DNA of 64,000 nt from an uncultured bacterium. Its GTDB lineage: Bacteria > AUK180. Where the stretch lies: contig CALMGJ010000011.1 of the NCBI GenBank assembly GCA_937863565.1, forward strand, positions 1-64,000, read 5' to 3'. The notes beneath the pieces are model-generated. The model made no database searches and was not told where the DNA came from. It saw nothing but the letters and a program-made list of their open reading frames with translations. Position 1 is the stretch's first letter; each line of letters starts with the position of its first letter. The position numbers were made by a program, and so were the translations under genes. Shown here piece after piece: positions 38,097 through 48,400 of the stretch.

Positions 38097-38876
38097 GTGA
38101 AAAAGAAAAATACCGGTCTCTTGACAACAAAGGTACTGGCCCATTACTCGGACATTCCGTTCGATTTCGGAGAAATAAGGAGGCTTTTTTTCAAGGAAAG
38201 CATTCTTTACGATTTTATCCGGAAGAACGGGATTGGGGAGGAGCGGATAATAGACGTGGGGTGCAGCACCGGCGCCAATGGTATTTTCATTAAGGGAATG
38301 TTCCCTCATGCCGATTATCTCGGCATCGACAACAACGAGAACGCTTTGGACGAAGCAAGAAAAAACGGCATAAATGTATTACCGGGCGATAATCAGGAAC
38401 TCCCTCTCGGGAACGGCATCGCAGGACTGACTATTTCAGAAGGTGTCATCCATCATACGCCGATGCCTTTTAAAAGTTTTTCCGAACTTGTCCGCATCAC
38501 TGCGAGCGGAGGGCGTATCATTCTTTACGTTTACAGCAGAAGATCCGCTTATTACTATCTTTATTCGTTTTTTTTCCCTTTGAGGTTATTCTACGGGTCG
38601 GGCGGGACTCCTCGTATCATCATAAAAAAACTGTTCTACGATACCGCTCCCTTATTGATACCCCTCTATAAAGCCATGTTCATCCGCGGAAAATGTATCA
38701 GAATATATAAGAGGGACTTTCTGAATATGATCTCGGATCAGCTTCTTACGCCTTATATATTTTTCTTTACCGGGAAAGATATCGAAAAGCTCTGCTTGAT
38801 GCACGGCCTTGAAATAGAGATGTTCAGAAGGACAAGGAACGGCCAGGGTCTGATGTATATCCTGAAGAAGCATTAA
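38097..38876 (+). CDS. Class I SAM-dependent methyltransferase
   Basis: IIDVGCSTG, LGID, GVIHHTP and EL.R....GG motifs. Confidence 0.85.
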   Translation: MKKKNTGLLTTKVLAHYSDIPFDFGEIRRLFFKESILYDFIRKNGIGEERIIDVGCSTGANGIFIKGMFPHADYLGIDNNENALDEARKNGINVLPGDNQELPLGNGIAGLTISEGVIHHTPMPFKSFSELVRITASGGRIILYVYSRRSAYYYLYSFFFPLRLFYGSGGTPRIIIKKLFYDTAPLLIPLYKAMFIRGKCIRIYKRDFLNMISDQLLTPYIFFFTGKDIEKLCLMHGLEIEMFRRTRNGQGLMYILKKH

Positions 38877-38887
38877 CCTCTGAAGAA

Positions 38888-41791
38888 TTAGAACTCGAAT
38901 GTATTGTCCGTCAGCGTGTCCTCGATCGAGCCCGAATCCGCTGCCGTTTTCCGGTACATATCGGCATCCCTGATCAGATACCTGACATAACCTTGGGATA
39001 TGTTGAAGAAATTACTGCCTGCCTTGTCGCTCAAGAACCCGTATTTTGCAGAGATCTCCATCGTCTCCTCATCCTGTTTGAAATGATCTACATGGAAAAG
39101 AAAATCGGCCGGTAAAGCATGTGAGACGACTTTTTTGAAATCATCGTTCCACAGGAACCTGGCCGGTGCCGCAAGCACATCGGTCCTACCGAAATATTCC
39201 TTCTGTTTAAGGAGTTCTTTTGTTCTTCCTCGGTCATGGTCCCCGAAGATCAAAAACTGCTTTTTCCCGATCTCCAAACCTCCGCGCAGATATGTATAAT
39301 CCACTTTTATCACGAGATTGTCATTGAAGTAATCGCTCTTCCCGCTCATCAAAGGCGCAAGAGCATAGATCTCCAGTCTTTTTTCTGAATTTCCCACCGT
39401 TACGGATTCCGAGTGGATATAATCTCCCGTTTTTACCACTATTAGAGGTATATTTTTCGCGTTTCTAATTTTATTTACCACAAGTGCCGAATCATACCGT
39501 GATTTCACCCAATACGCACCCATGTTCTTCATTAAATAATCACTCCCGGCGGTATTCACAAAGTCATCATAGGATAACCCTTTAATATCTTCTATGTTTG
39601 TGGGAAGATATATGCTTTTTACGGGGTATTCCTTAAGAATTGTGGAGGCGGCCGAGGCATTTTCATCGGATAGGTCTGTTAGAATGAATTTATCTATCCC
39701 GCTAATGCCGTAGTGCATGAGCGAGTTCATGATCACCCTGTCCGCTTCGTCCCACTCTCTTTTCTTATAAAGCGAGTGCCGGCCGGCATTGATCAGAATG
39801 TTCTTATTTTTCAGTGTTCTTATGAAAACGCAATTGCCTCGCGCCAGAGAGAAGAATGTGATATCGGCATCGTACTGCCTGCGCGGCGGAAAGAGCAGAA
39901 ATACGGTTACGGCGATGAAAAGGATTACCGCGGAAAGCGGCGCAGCGCGCACCAGTTTATGCCTTTTATCCTTTTTCTGCTGATACAGCATCGTATAGTA
40001 TTTTACATCAAGGAGTCTTGCCTTTATCCAGGGGATATTCAATATGATAAAAAGAACGATATAATAGTAGAGTATCTCCTTGAAGCCGAGTTTTTTTACG
40101 AAGGGATACGGGAAGGCCGTAGAGAAGAAGTGCGCGCTCTGGATGAAGAACTTCAAAAGAATCCAGTTGGCGGCATTGAGAAGAAGGGCGATATAAACGC
40201 CCGCCACCGGGATCAGCGATGCGATCACCGCCATCATACCGACCTGAACGTTGACGCCGACAAGAGGAATGGCTACATAGTTCGCATACATGCCCGCGAT
40301 GGGATAACGCCCGAAATAGTACGCAGAAAGAGGCAGCATCATCCCGAACTGGATCGCGAACTGGGATGATATGAAGGATATGAGATAGCCGGGTATCTTG
40401 CGGTATGAGGGGAACGGGAGTTTTGTTCTCTCCTCCAATTTGTTCACAAAGAACAGAAATACGCCCGCGGCGGCAAAAAAAGAAAGGATGACCGGGGGGC
40501 TATAGAAGGATTCCCTCATTACAATATTCAGGCAAGTGAAAGCCGCAACAACGAGAACGCCGGCCCAGAACGCATATCCGATCAGATATTTTTTGAAAAG
40601 ATCATCGATAAAAGGCGTCAGAATGATCAGTGATAGTACTGCTCCGAATGAGAGCGAGAATGATGCTTCCCTCAGAAGGAGCGGATTGACCAGAAGGATA
40701 CTGAGGCCGGCTACGGCTATACCGATCGCGACCGAGGCGCGGAGATTCTTCTTCGAGAAAGCCCACACGAGAAGTATGAACCCGTGCATTATGACCGCCC
40801 GCAGTGTGGAGGGCCGGCCGCCGGTTATTATCGCGAAGATGATCAAAAAGATCACGGTGATGACATTGGACCATCGTTTAGGCACGCCGACGAGCGAGAA
40901 AAATCCCAGAAAGAAAACGGTGATTATCGTAACGTGAAGTCCTGAAACGGCAAGAACATGATTTACGCCCGATCTTTTAAAATCGTCCTTGATCTGGAAA
41001 TCGGAGCCCGGAAGAAAAATGCCTTCAAGGCCGTATCTCAGGCCGAGCGTGATCCCTCCGAGGAATGCCGATTCCGGGTACGGCACAGTCTTTCTTATCG
41101 TTGAGAGGAATTTCCTTTTGAGATTGAGGGAGAACACGACGAAAGCGTTTCTTTTCGTTCCGGACAGGAGAGTGACATCGGACCTGTCATTCAGAAAAGC
41201 CGTATAGTACACGCCCGTGCTCTCAAGGAATTTCTTATAATTGAAGCCTCCGGGATTGGTCTCGCCCGAAGGCCTTTGAAGCAATGCTTCAAATTCGATA
41301 TAATTGCCGTATTCGAGGAAAGACGGGAATTTTCCTTTTTCAAAGGAGTAATTCACGAGTATCCTGCCCTTTTTTATCTTCAGGGCCTCTCCGCCTTTGG
41401 GCGTGACCGTCTCGGGCGCGAGGTAAACCCTCACCCGGTCCTCGAAATATTCTGGTTCGCAGTATATGTACCCCGAGATCTTCGCTTGTACCGTTTTCGC
41501 GTCCCCGAGTTCCTTGAGTATATGGCCCTTCTTTACATCGCTCAGCGCATTGTGCGTGAGCAGCACTCCGAGAAGGAACGGAACGGCGTAGAATACGATG
41601 AGCGTGGGCGCTTTGGCGATATATCCGTGTTTTTTGAAGGAAACGAACCCGAGCGCGAGGCCTGCAAGGAGCACGGCCGCAAAAAAGGCAAGAAGAACGG
41701 GCACGGGCGCGGCTGGGAAGATTCCGAAAGTAACAAGTATCCCGGCCACTAATGCCAGCGTGAACACATACAGTTTATTTTCCCAGTACAT
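38888..41791 (-). CDS. comEC: DNA internalization channel ComEC/Rec2 (OB domain + competence domain + degenerate MBL domain)
   Basis: NPGGFNYKKFL, SGVNHVLAVSGLH, PSTLRA and SFSLSF motifs, then a C-terminal MBL-like region. Confidence 0.92.
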   Translation of the reverse strand: MYWENKLYVFTLALVAGILVTFGIFPAAPVPVLLAFFAAVLLAGLALGFVSFKKHGYIAKAPTLIVFYAVPFLLGVLLTHNALSDVKKGHILKELGDAKTVQAKISGYIYCEPEYFEDRVRVYLAPETVTPKGGEALKIKKGRILVNYSFEKGKFPSFLEYGNYIEFEALLQRPSGETNPGGFNYKKFLESTGVYYTAFLNDRSDVTLLSGTKRNAFVVFSLNLKRKFLSTIRKTVPYPESAFLGGITLGLRYGLEGIFLPGSDFQIKDDFKRSGVNHVLAVSGLHVTIITVFFLGFFSLVGVPKRWSNVITVIFLIIFAIITGGRPSTLRAVIMHGFILLVWAFSKKNLRASVAIGIAVAGLSILLVNPLLLREASFSLSFGAVLSLIILTPFIDDLFKKYLIGYAFWAGVLVVAAFTCLNIVMRESFYSPPVILSFFAAAGVFLFFVNKLEERTKLPFPSYRKIPGYLISFISSQFAIQFGMMLPLSAYYFGRYPIAGMYANYVAIPLVGVNVQVGMMAVIASLIPVAGVYIALLLNAANWILLKFFIQSAHFFSTAFPYPFVKKLGFKEILYYYIVLFIILNIPWIKARLLDVKYYTMLYQQKKDKRHKLVRAAPLSAVILFIAVTVFLLFPPRRQYDADITFFSLARGNCVFIRTLKNKNILINAGRHSLYKKREWDEADRVIMNSLMHYGISGIDKFILTDLSDENASAASTILKEYPVKSIYLPTNIEDIKGLSYDDFVNTAGSDYLMKNMGAYWVKSRYDSALVVNKIRNAKNIPLIVVKTGDYIHSESVTVGNSEKRLEIYALAPLMSGKSDYFNDNLVIKVDYTYLRGGLEIGKKQFLIFGDHDRGRTKELLKQKEYFGRTDVLAAPARFLWNDDFKKVVSHALPADFLFHVDHFKQDEETMEISAKYGFLSDKAGSNFFNISQGYVRYLIRDADMYRKTAADSGSIEDTLTDNTFEF

Positions 41792-41797
41792 ATGTCT

Positions 41798-41944
41798 TTA
41801 CTTACATAGAAATTCGTAGTATTCGGAATTGGAGCGCAGATTATCCTCTATCGTATAATCCTTCTTGAGAGCAAGAACGGCTATACCGAGGATGATCAGG
41901 GCCAGGGCTATCACTATCGTCCATACATTCTTTCTTTTCGCCAT
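41798..41944 (-). CDS. Small single-TM protein, 48 aa (MAKRKNVWTIVIALALIILGIAVLALKKDY...EFLCK)
   Basis: GGAGG SD before ATG 41944. Fills the gap between the barrel gene and comEC. Confidence 0.7.
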   Translation of the reverse strand: MAKRKNVWTIVIALALIILGIAVLALKKDYTIEDNLRSNSEYYEFLCK

Positions 41945-41945
41945 C

Positions 41946-43940
41946 TCAGATCCTCCAGTCGATGTATACCTTGTACACTCTTTCAGGCAGGGTTTCGGGA
42001 TTGCGCGAAGATTCATCTTCCATATAGAATCTTCTCCTGTATCCGAACGTGATCTTGAGTTTCCTCGAGAAAAGGTATTTCTGGAGATTTATCTGAAGGT
42101 CCCTGTACTCCTCTCCCGAAGAAGAGTCGTATTTCCTGTAAAGGTTGTCGTCATTGAACTTGTAAGAAAGGATAAGGTCGGCCACCGGGTTCTTCCAGCT
42201 CAGCCTGTACTGGAACGACGAGGACGGCTTCGTTTGCGGTTCAGAATGCTCCATGTACATCTTATACCTGTATACCGTGGAAAAAGAGATATTCTCTTTC
42301 GGTTCGTATTTCAATGTGATATAGGTATACGAACTCCTGTCCGATTCGCTGTAATCCGTAGTGTAAGAATCGTCAAGATCGCGCGAAAGGTCCTTATCCT
42401 TGAACCTCTGCGAAAATGAAAGGTCCACAAGCGGTGAGACGGGATATTTGAGCGATACGGTCCCGTCGAAATTCATCTGCAGCGAGGAATAATATTTCCA
42501 GACATCGCATTTCGCTCCGAATTCGGTTTTCCCGAGCTTAAGCTGGGTATTGAATTTAATGCCCTTTTCGTTCTGCGCGGAGAATTCGCTCGGAGTATCC
42601 CACGTGGCATATGTGTATGAATACGGGTTTTCGAAATTCCTCTGGAAATCGCGGTAAATGAGCTCCATTTTAAGTGTTTTCTCCTTCAAGAAGCTTCTCA
42701 GGACAAATCCGCTGTCACCCAGGTCGATATGGGCGTATTCCCACTGGAGGACGATATTGGAAGAAGGATTGAGTTCCATATTAACGCCCCATACGAGAGC
42801 ATCGTACATATCTTCCGTATAAGTGTAGGGCCGGTAATTTTCCGTGGCGAAGTCCTCTTTCGTTTTGTATATCGTGGCGCCGATGAAATTCTCTTCGCTT
42901 CCGATCTCGGCATGTCCGCCGTAGACGTTCTTATCTATATATTCGGGAATGGAGCGGGATTCGGATGCCAAAAGGTCCCAATCTTCCTGGGACTCGATCT
43001 CGTCGATATCGCCCGTTGATTCGAGTATGCCCGAATACACGGTGCATTTGTCTTTGATATCCGAATAGAACATGAAAAGCCGGAAGACATTGAGGTCCAA
43101 CTTGGCGCCTGCGCCGTAGAGTCTCTTATAGTCGTAATCTGCGTTCGAGGAAAGATCCCCGGTGAATCCGTTCAGGAGCCTTTTCCCGGATTCATTGAAG
43201 ACGGCGCCCAGACCGAAACCTGCGCCGAAATTCCCTATGATGAAAGAGAAGGCCTTGGAATTGAAGTTCAAGTAGAATTTCGGATCGGAGAATATCGTCC
43301 TTTGATTTTTGATCACCACGTCGCCCGGCTCGGCAATGATCTTGTAATTCTCGTCATAGACCACCGGACCCTCGTAGATCTCGTATCCCGGCGTTGTCCA
43401 TTTTCTCTCCTCTAAAATGCCTATCACGAGTTTTTTACCGAAGCTGAATTTGCCGTCAATGCTGAGGTAGGGCGTCTCAGGCGCCTTATGGTAGGAGGAG
43501 ATCTCATCCACATATTTGAATCCGATATCCCCTTTGAACGCGATCTTCGCTTTCCTTTTAACGGCCGTGGGCTTCACCTCTTTCTTTTCAACGGGCCTTT
43601 CAAACTTGATGAAAACCTCGATAAGATCGAATACCGATTTGCCTATCGCTTCCTTTATCTCTTTTTCATCCTTGAACGGCCTTGCCTTAATGATCTCTTC
43701 TGCGAGTTCCGGCGTGATGTCGGGAAGCCTTTCGAGAGAGGTCTTATCCGCGGTATTTATATCTACAGGATTAGCAAAAAGGTCCCACAGTTCCACATAT
43801 TCCTCTTCAGAGATCTCCGTTGCATAATACATGTCCGCGATATCGTCCTCGGTTTTCACCGGCCTCGAAAGATCGTATTTGAATCCGTATGCAAGAAAAG
43901 AGATGAATATCAATGCCAGTATCGCGGTCTTTTTCATCAT
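41946..43940 (-). CDS. Outer-membrane beta-barrel protein with N-terminal ComEA-type helix-hairpin-helix domain
   Basis: Signal peptide, VDINTADKTSLERLPDITPELAEEII HhH motif, amphipathic beta strands and a terminal YIDWRI. Confidence 0.75.
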   Translation of the reverse strand: MMKKTAILALIFISFLAYGFKYDLSRPVKTEDDIADMYYATEISEEEYVELWDLFANPVDINTADKTSLERLPDITPELAEEIIKARPFKDEKEIKEAIGKSVFDLIEVFIKFERPVEKKEVKPTAVKRKAKIAFKGDIGFKYVDEISSYHKAPETPYLSIDGKFSFGKKLVIGILEERKWTTPGYEIYEGPVVYDENYKIIAEPGDVVIKNQRTIFSDPKFYLNFNSKAFSFIIGNFGAGFGLGAVFNESGKRLLNGFTGDLSSNADYDYKRLYGAGAKLDLNVFRLFMFYSDIKDKCTVYSGILESTGDIDEIESQEDWDLLASESRSIPEYIDKNVYGGHAEIGSEENFIGATIYKTKEDFATENYRPYTYTEDMYDALVWGVNMELNPSSNIVLQWEYAHIDLGDSGFVLRSFLKEKTLKMELIYRDFQRNFENPYSYTYATWDTPSEFSAQNEKGIKFNTQLKLGKTEFGAKCDVWKYYSSLQMNFDGTVSLKYPVSPLVDLSFSQRFKDKDLSRDLDDSYTTDYSESDRSSYTYITLKYEPKENISFSTVYRYKMYMEHSEPQTKPSSSFQYRLSWKNPVADLILSYKFNDDNLYRKYDSSSGEEYRDLQINLQKYLFSRKLKITFGYRRRFYMEDESSRNPETLPERVYKVYIDWRI

Positions 43941-45418
43941 TCACCTCCCTCGCCGCCGTCTACAGCGGGATCATACGGCGTAACGGTGATATAAGGCTTC
44001 AAGTTCTCGAATGTTTTCTCGCCTATTCTCGTAACGTTCATTATATCCTCGACGGTCTTGAACCCTCCCGCCTGCTTTCTGTAGTTTATTATGTTCTCTG
44101 CGGTTTTTTCGCCTACGCGCGGAAGCGCCATGAGTTCGCTTTTAGACGCTTTATTAATATCTACAAGAAGGCCGTCCATGTTCTTCCCGGCGGGCGTGCC
44201 GGTACCCGAACGTGTTGTCGGGGCTTTCTTCGTCTCCACAGGCTCATCGTCGGCACTTCCCTGCAGGCAGACATAGGGCCTTATCTTTTCCACTGTCTTC
44301 TCCCCGATGCGCGTAACATTGACAAGCTGGCCTATGCTCGTAAAACCGCCGATCTTTTCCCTGTATTCAACGATATTCTGGGCTGTCTTCAATCCGATGC
44401 CCGGTATCGCGGACAGTTCTTCCGCCGATGCTTCATTTATATCGATCCTGCCGTTTATGACGGACAGTTTTTTCAATACCGGCCTTTCTCCTATCTTGAA
44501 AGAGAAATAATGCGTGCCGCCCAGTTCGGGATGCACGTCATATGCGTACGAGAACGAAAGGCCCGGACCGAAAAGCTCAAAACCGCAGGCATAGGAGATG
44601 CGTCCGGAGTATACCCTCTTCAGGCCTCCCATCAGATTGATATGATCGAATATCCTGTAAACTATGCCGCCGTGGCATTCGATCTCCCTCTCTTTCTCTG
44701 CGCCGAAATTCTCAAGATACTGATCGTATAGCACAGCGTCCCAGATATTGTCCGTTATCTCCTGCTCCTGTTCATCCGTCAGACTCCCTAATCCGTATGT
44801 CATTTTAAGGAACGACGGTGAGATATAATAAACGGCATTGAAATAGGCCTCAAGGTTTTTAAATATCTTGTAGTTGATGCCTGCCGATACATCCCTCGGC
44901 ATATATTCCTGTCCTATATAGGGCATTGATACGTTCTTAAGCCTGATGCCTATGGAAAGATCATAGTTCACGAAATACACAATGCCGAGGTCCAGCGCCC
45001 ATTCCGAAGCGCTCCCTATTTCGTCGATGACCACGCTCAGATACTTCACCTTTGTCCCGAAGGAAAAATTCTTTCCCACCTTGAGGGCTCCCCCGATCTG
45101 AAGCTGCTGTTCTTTGTATAGTGACGAGCCCATTGAAGTGAAACCGAAGCCGAGAGTAATGGGGCCGGCAGGTTTTATGAAAAGAAAAGATACCGTTTCC
45201 AGTTCGGGCACATCATACAAGCGCGCCGTAGAGAATTGCACCTGCGGTTCTTCAATGAAGGAGAGCATTCCCGTGTTCTGGAAGAAAGCCTCCGGTTCGA
45301 AAAGAACCATATTGCTCCCGCCTGTAGCTATATCCTTAGGGAACGCTCCGTCGAAATCAAAAGCGGCAAAAGCAAGTAACGAAACAAGACATATCAATGT
45401 TATAAGAGTTCTTTTCAT
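43937..45418 (-). CDS. PorV-like barrel fused to two ComEA helix-hairpin-helix domains
   Basis: The barrel ends in SYAYDVHPELGGTHYFSF. It is followed by IDINEASAEELSAIPGIG...GGF...VTRIGEK and VDINKASKSELMALPRVGEK...VTRIGEK. Confidence 0.82.
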   Translation of the reverse strand: MKRTLITLICLVSLLAFAAFDFDGAFPKDIATGGSNMVLFEPEAFFQNTGMLSFIEEPQVQFSTARLYDVPELETVSFLFIKPAGPITLGFGFTSMGSSLYKEQQLQIGGALKVGKNFSFGTKVKYLSVVIDEIGSASEWALDLGIVYFVNYDLSIGIRLKNVSMPYIGQEYMPRDVSAGINYKIFKNLEAYFNAVYYISPSFLKMTYGLGSLTDEQEQEITDNIWDAVLYDQYLENFGAEKEREIECHGGIVYRIFDHINLMGGLKRVYSGRISYACGFELFGPGLSFSYAYDVHPELGGTHYFSFKIGERPVLKKLSVINGRIDINEASAEELSAIPGIGLKTAQNIVEYREKIGGFTSIGQLVNVTRIGEKTVEKIRPYVCLQGSADDEPVETKKAPTTRSGTGTPAGKNMDGLLVDINKASKSELMALPRVGEKTAENIINYRKQAGGFKTVEDIMNVTRIGEKTFENLKPYITVTPYDPAVDGGEGGE

Positions 45419-45428
45419 CGCCGCCTCC

Positions 45429-48400
45429 TCACATCTTTTTACCGATGGCGACTACGGCCTTCTTTGCCACAGACCCGCCGTCGCTTCTGAGCTCGAAATA
45501 CACTATATAAACGCCGATGGGAAGCGGGCAATTCTCATTGTCATTGCCCCACCATTGAGTACTGAACGGCCCCGGGGGTACCGGTTGTTTCTCCACAAGG
45601 GTTTTCACCTCTCTGCCTGCTATATCGTAAACCCTTATGGTAAGCACTCCTTCCGAAAGCGAATTGAGAGTAATAGTTGTGTAAAGCCTTTCCGGAACGC
45701 TTCCGTCGTTCACGAATGTTCTGGGAGAGATATCTATATCCGTCAATTTCCCGGCGGGGGCGTCCGTCTTATCGGCTCCGCGGCCCATTGTGGGCTTATC
45801 CGTGATCGTCCAGTCATCTTTCGTATTAGTGTCGGTGTAGTTCACATCCCTTGTCACTGAGCTCTCTTCTTTTACCTGATTTGCTATGATCGCTCCCGTG
45901 CAGGCATATGTCCAGTCATACACATATCCGTAATCCGGTTCCGTGCCGGCGGGGAAATCCGGGTATTTCACGATATTCGGGAAGAATTTGTAAACATCCC
46001 CGGCCCAGTGTTGGATCCCCAGTTTGGGGTCTTCCGTATAGATGGCCTCTATGAAATCATCATATTCCGTATAAGAGATATCAACGAGCATCTCGCCTTT
46101 ATATGCCGTCGTATCCGGCACGACATATGCGCCGGGAAGAAGGTCCTCATTTTCATCCAGCGGGAAACCGTAATCCGTTGCGCTTCTCTCCGCCCAGACC
46201 ACGACATCCTTAATATTCCCCGAAAAATCCCTGAAGTCGAGATTCTCGTCCGTTGAAGAGAGTGCGACGCCGTCGCCTTCTACGAAGACCGTTATGATGC
46301 CGTCCGCGCCGGCCCTGTATTCGTCGTTTTTGGGATCTCCCTGAACGACCACGGCGAAATCGCCGGTTCTCATCGTTGTGCCTGTTTTGAAGGTCTTGAT
46401 CGGTGTGCTGTCCGCTTTGATAAAGCAGCCGCCTATCTCCACTCCCTTACCCTCGTTCCCGTCATCCTTGCAGTATAGCTCGACCCAGTCCGGAAAACCG
46501 GACGGAGAGTAGAAGTATACTTCGCTGATCACAATATCTACGCCGGAAGGAAGCTCATCGGGGGGATGGCCGTATCCCGGGGTCTGGGCATACGTCTGTT
46601 TCCAGTCGGCCTTGTCATTAGTATCGGTATTGTAATAATCCCTGACTATTGACCCCTTGCTGAATCCGGATGCAACGCAGTCGATCTCCTCTTCATCGCT
46701 GGGAGAACCGTATCCGATATTCCACTGCCCGGCGGCGAAGGCCTCGTGAAAATCATCGTCTGATATGGAGCCGCTCATATCCGCCCAGCACACAAGGTCT
46801 ATCATCTTTCCGGAGGGATCGAAGACGGCGATCTGTTCATCCGAATCCGTAAGGCCGGAATCGGCGGTATAGATCACATGCAAAGTCGCGCCGGATGAGA
46901 ACTTCTGCTTCAGATCGTCGCCGTTATCGTAGATAAGGAGTATATAATCCCCTGTCTTCACCGTGAGGTTATCGATCTTCTTGTCGGCATTCTCTTCGAG
47001 GTCGGAAAGAAGCGCCAGGCTCCCCGAAGACGACACCGAATCAAGATCGTCGATATAGTAGCCTGAGATATCTACGCCGAGGCCGGCCGCGCCGTCATCT
47101 TCGCAGTACAATTCCACAAAATCCTCTCCGAGGGTCGAAATGAAATCCACTTCGGTGACAATGAGTTTCGTGTCCTTCACAGTAAGCTCAACGAAGAAGT
47201 CTTCTTCTGAATTTTCTGCGGTGCTCATCGCATTGCCCTTGCGGTCGGTGCCGGTGAGCCAGATCCCTATCATCGATCCGCTTTCCACTGTAATACCTCC
47301 GCCATTCGTGAAATCGATGAACCCCGAGAACAAAAGAGAACTTCCCCAGATAAGATTCCCTTCATAATCGCTGGCACCGCTCGTATAGCTTATATTCCGC
47401 GAAGATTCTCCCGAGAGATTGCCTTCCGGGTCGTAGACCTTGTAATGCACGGTGATAGCCTGCGTATTGTACATTCCTCCGGTCTCGGAGATCGTAATGT
47501 TCAATTTAATATTCTCTATGGAGATCAGCGGGACATCCTTATCCGGGATGAATGTTACGGCGAAGGGGCCCGACACGTCAACCGCGTCGACCTCGAGATC
47601 AGATGAAGAGAACCCGTCTATATGGGCTGCCGAAGAAGCGGTGAAACGCACCGAACCCGGTATAAGACATCCGCCGAAATCAGTCTGCCCCGTTCCGTTC
47701 ACAAGCGTTAGAACCACCGTATCCGTGCCGCCTGAAAAATGACCGGATAAGGACGGATATGCTGTAAGCGTAACGTCAAGAAGCGGCGAGGAGGCATAGA
47801 TGGCGTAAAGTTCATTAAGCAGTTCCACCGTTACCGTAGTTGTTTCGGGGTCGCCTCCCGCTACTTCGATCTTTTTAGGATAGACAGATGTGGCAAGATT
47901 GATCGTCTCGGCGGAAGGAGCGCAGGAGTTCCTCCGGCGCGGTGTTCCGTATATGGGATTACCGAGATGATCGTGGCCGTTCATCGTGACAAGGTCATTG
48001 CTGGCCCAGTTTGTCGGGTCATCGCCGGATTTCCCGAGAATTTTCTTTTCCATCGAGATCGCTCCGGTCACACCCGCAAACCATCCAGAAGAACAGTCGA
48101 TCTCGTCGATGATGTTGCCGGAGGCGTCCTTGAGCGTCAGAAGCTCTCCGTCATTGGAGAGTTTACTGTACCCGAGATCGTCTGAATCCCCGACTATATC
48201 ACCAAGCGCTTCCTTTTCCGGTTCGCTCGTGCTTTTATATTCTATCACATAGTATCCGCCTGCGGAGATGGTCTTGGTATTCGCGGTGGAAAGGTCGACT
48301 ATCGTCCCTCCGCTGTCCGTGATATACCAGCCGGTTAGATCTATGTCTGCGCCGGTGGTATTGAAAAGCTCCATCCATTCGTATCCGCTTGAGCCCAGCG

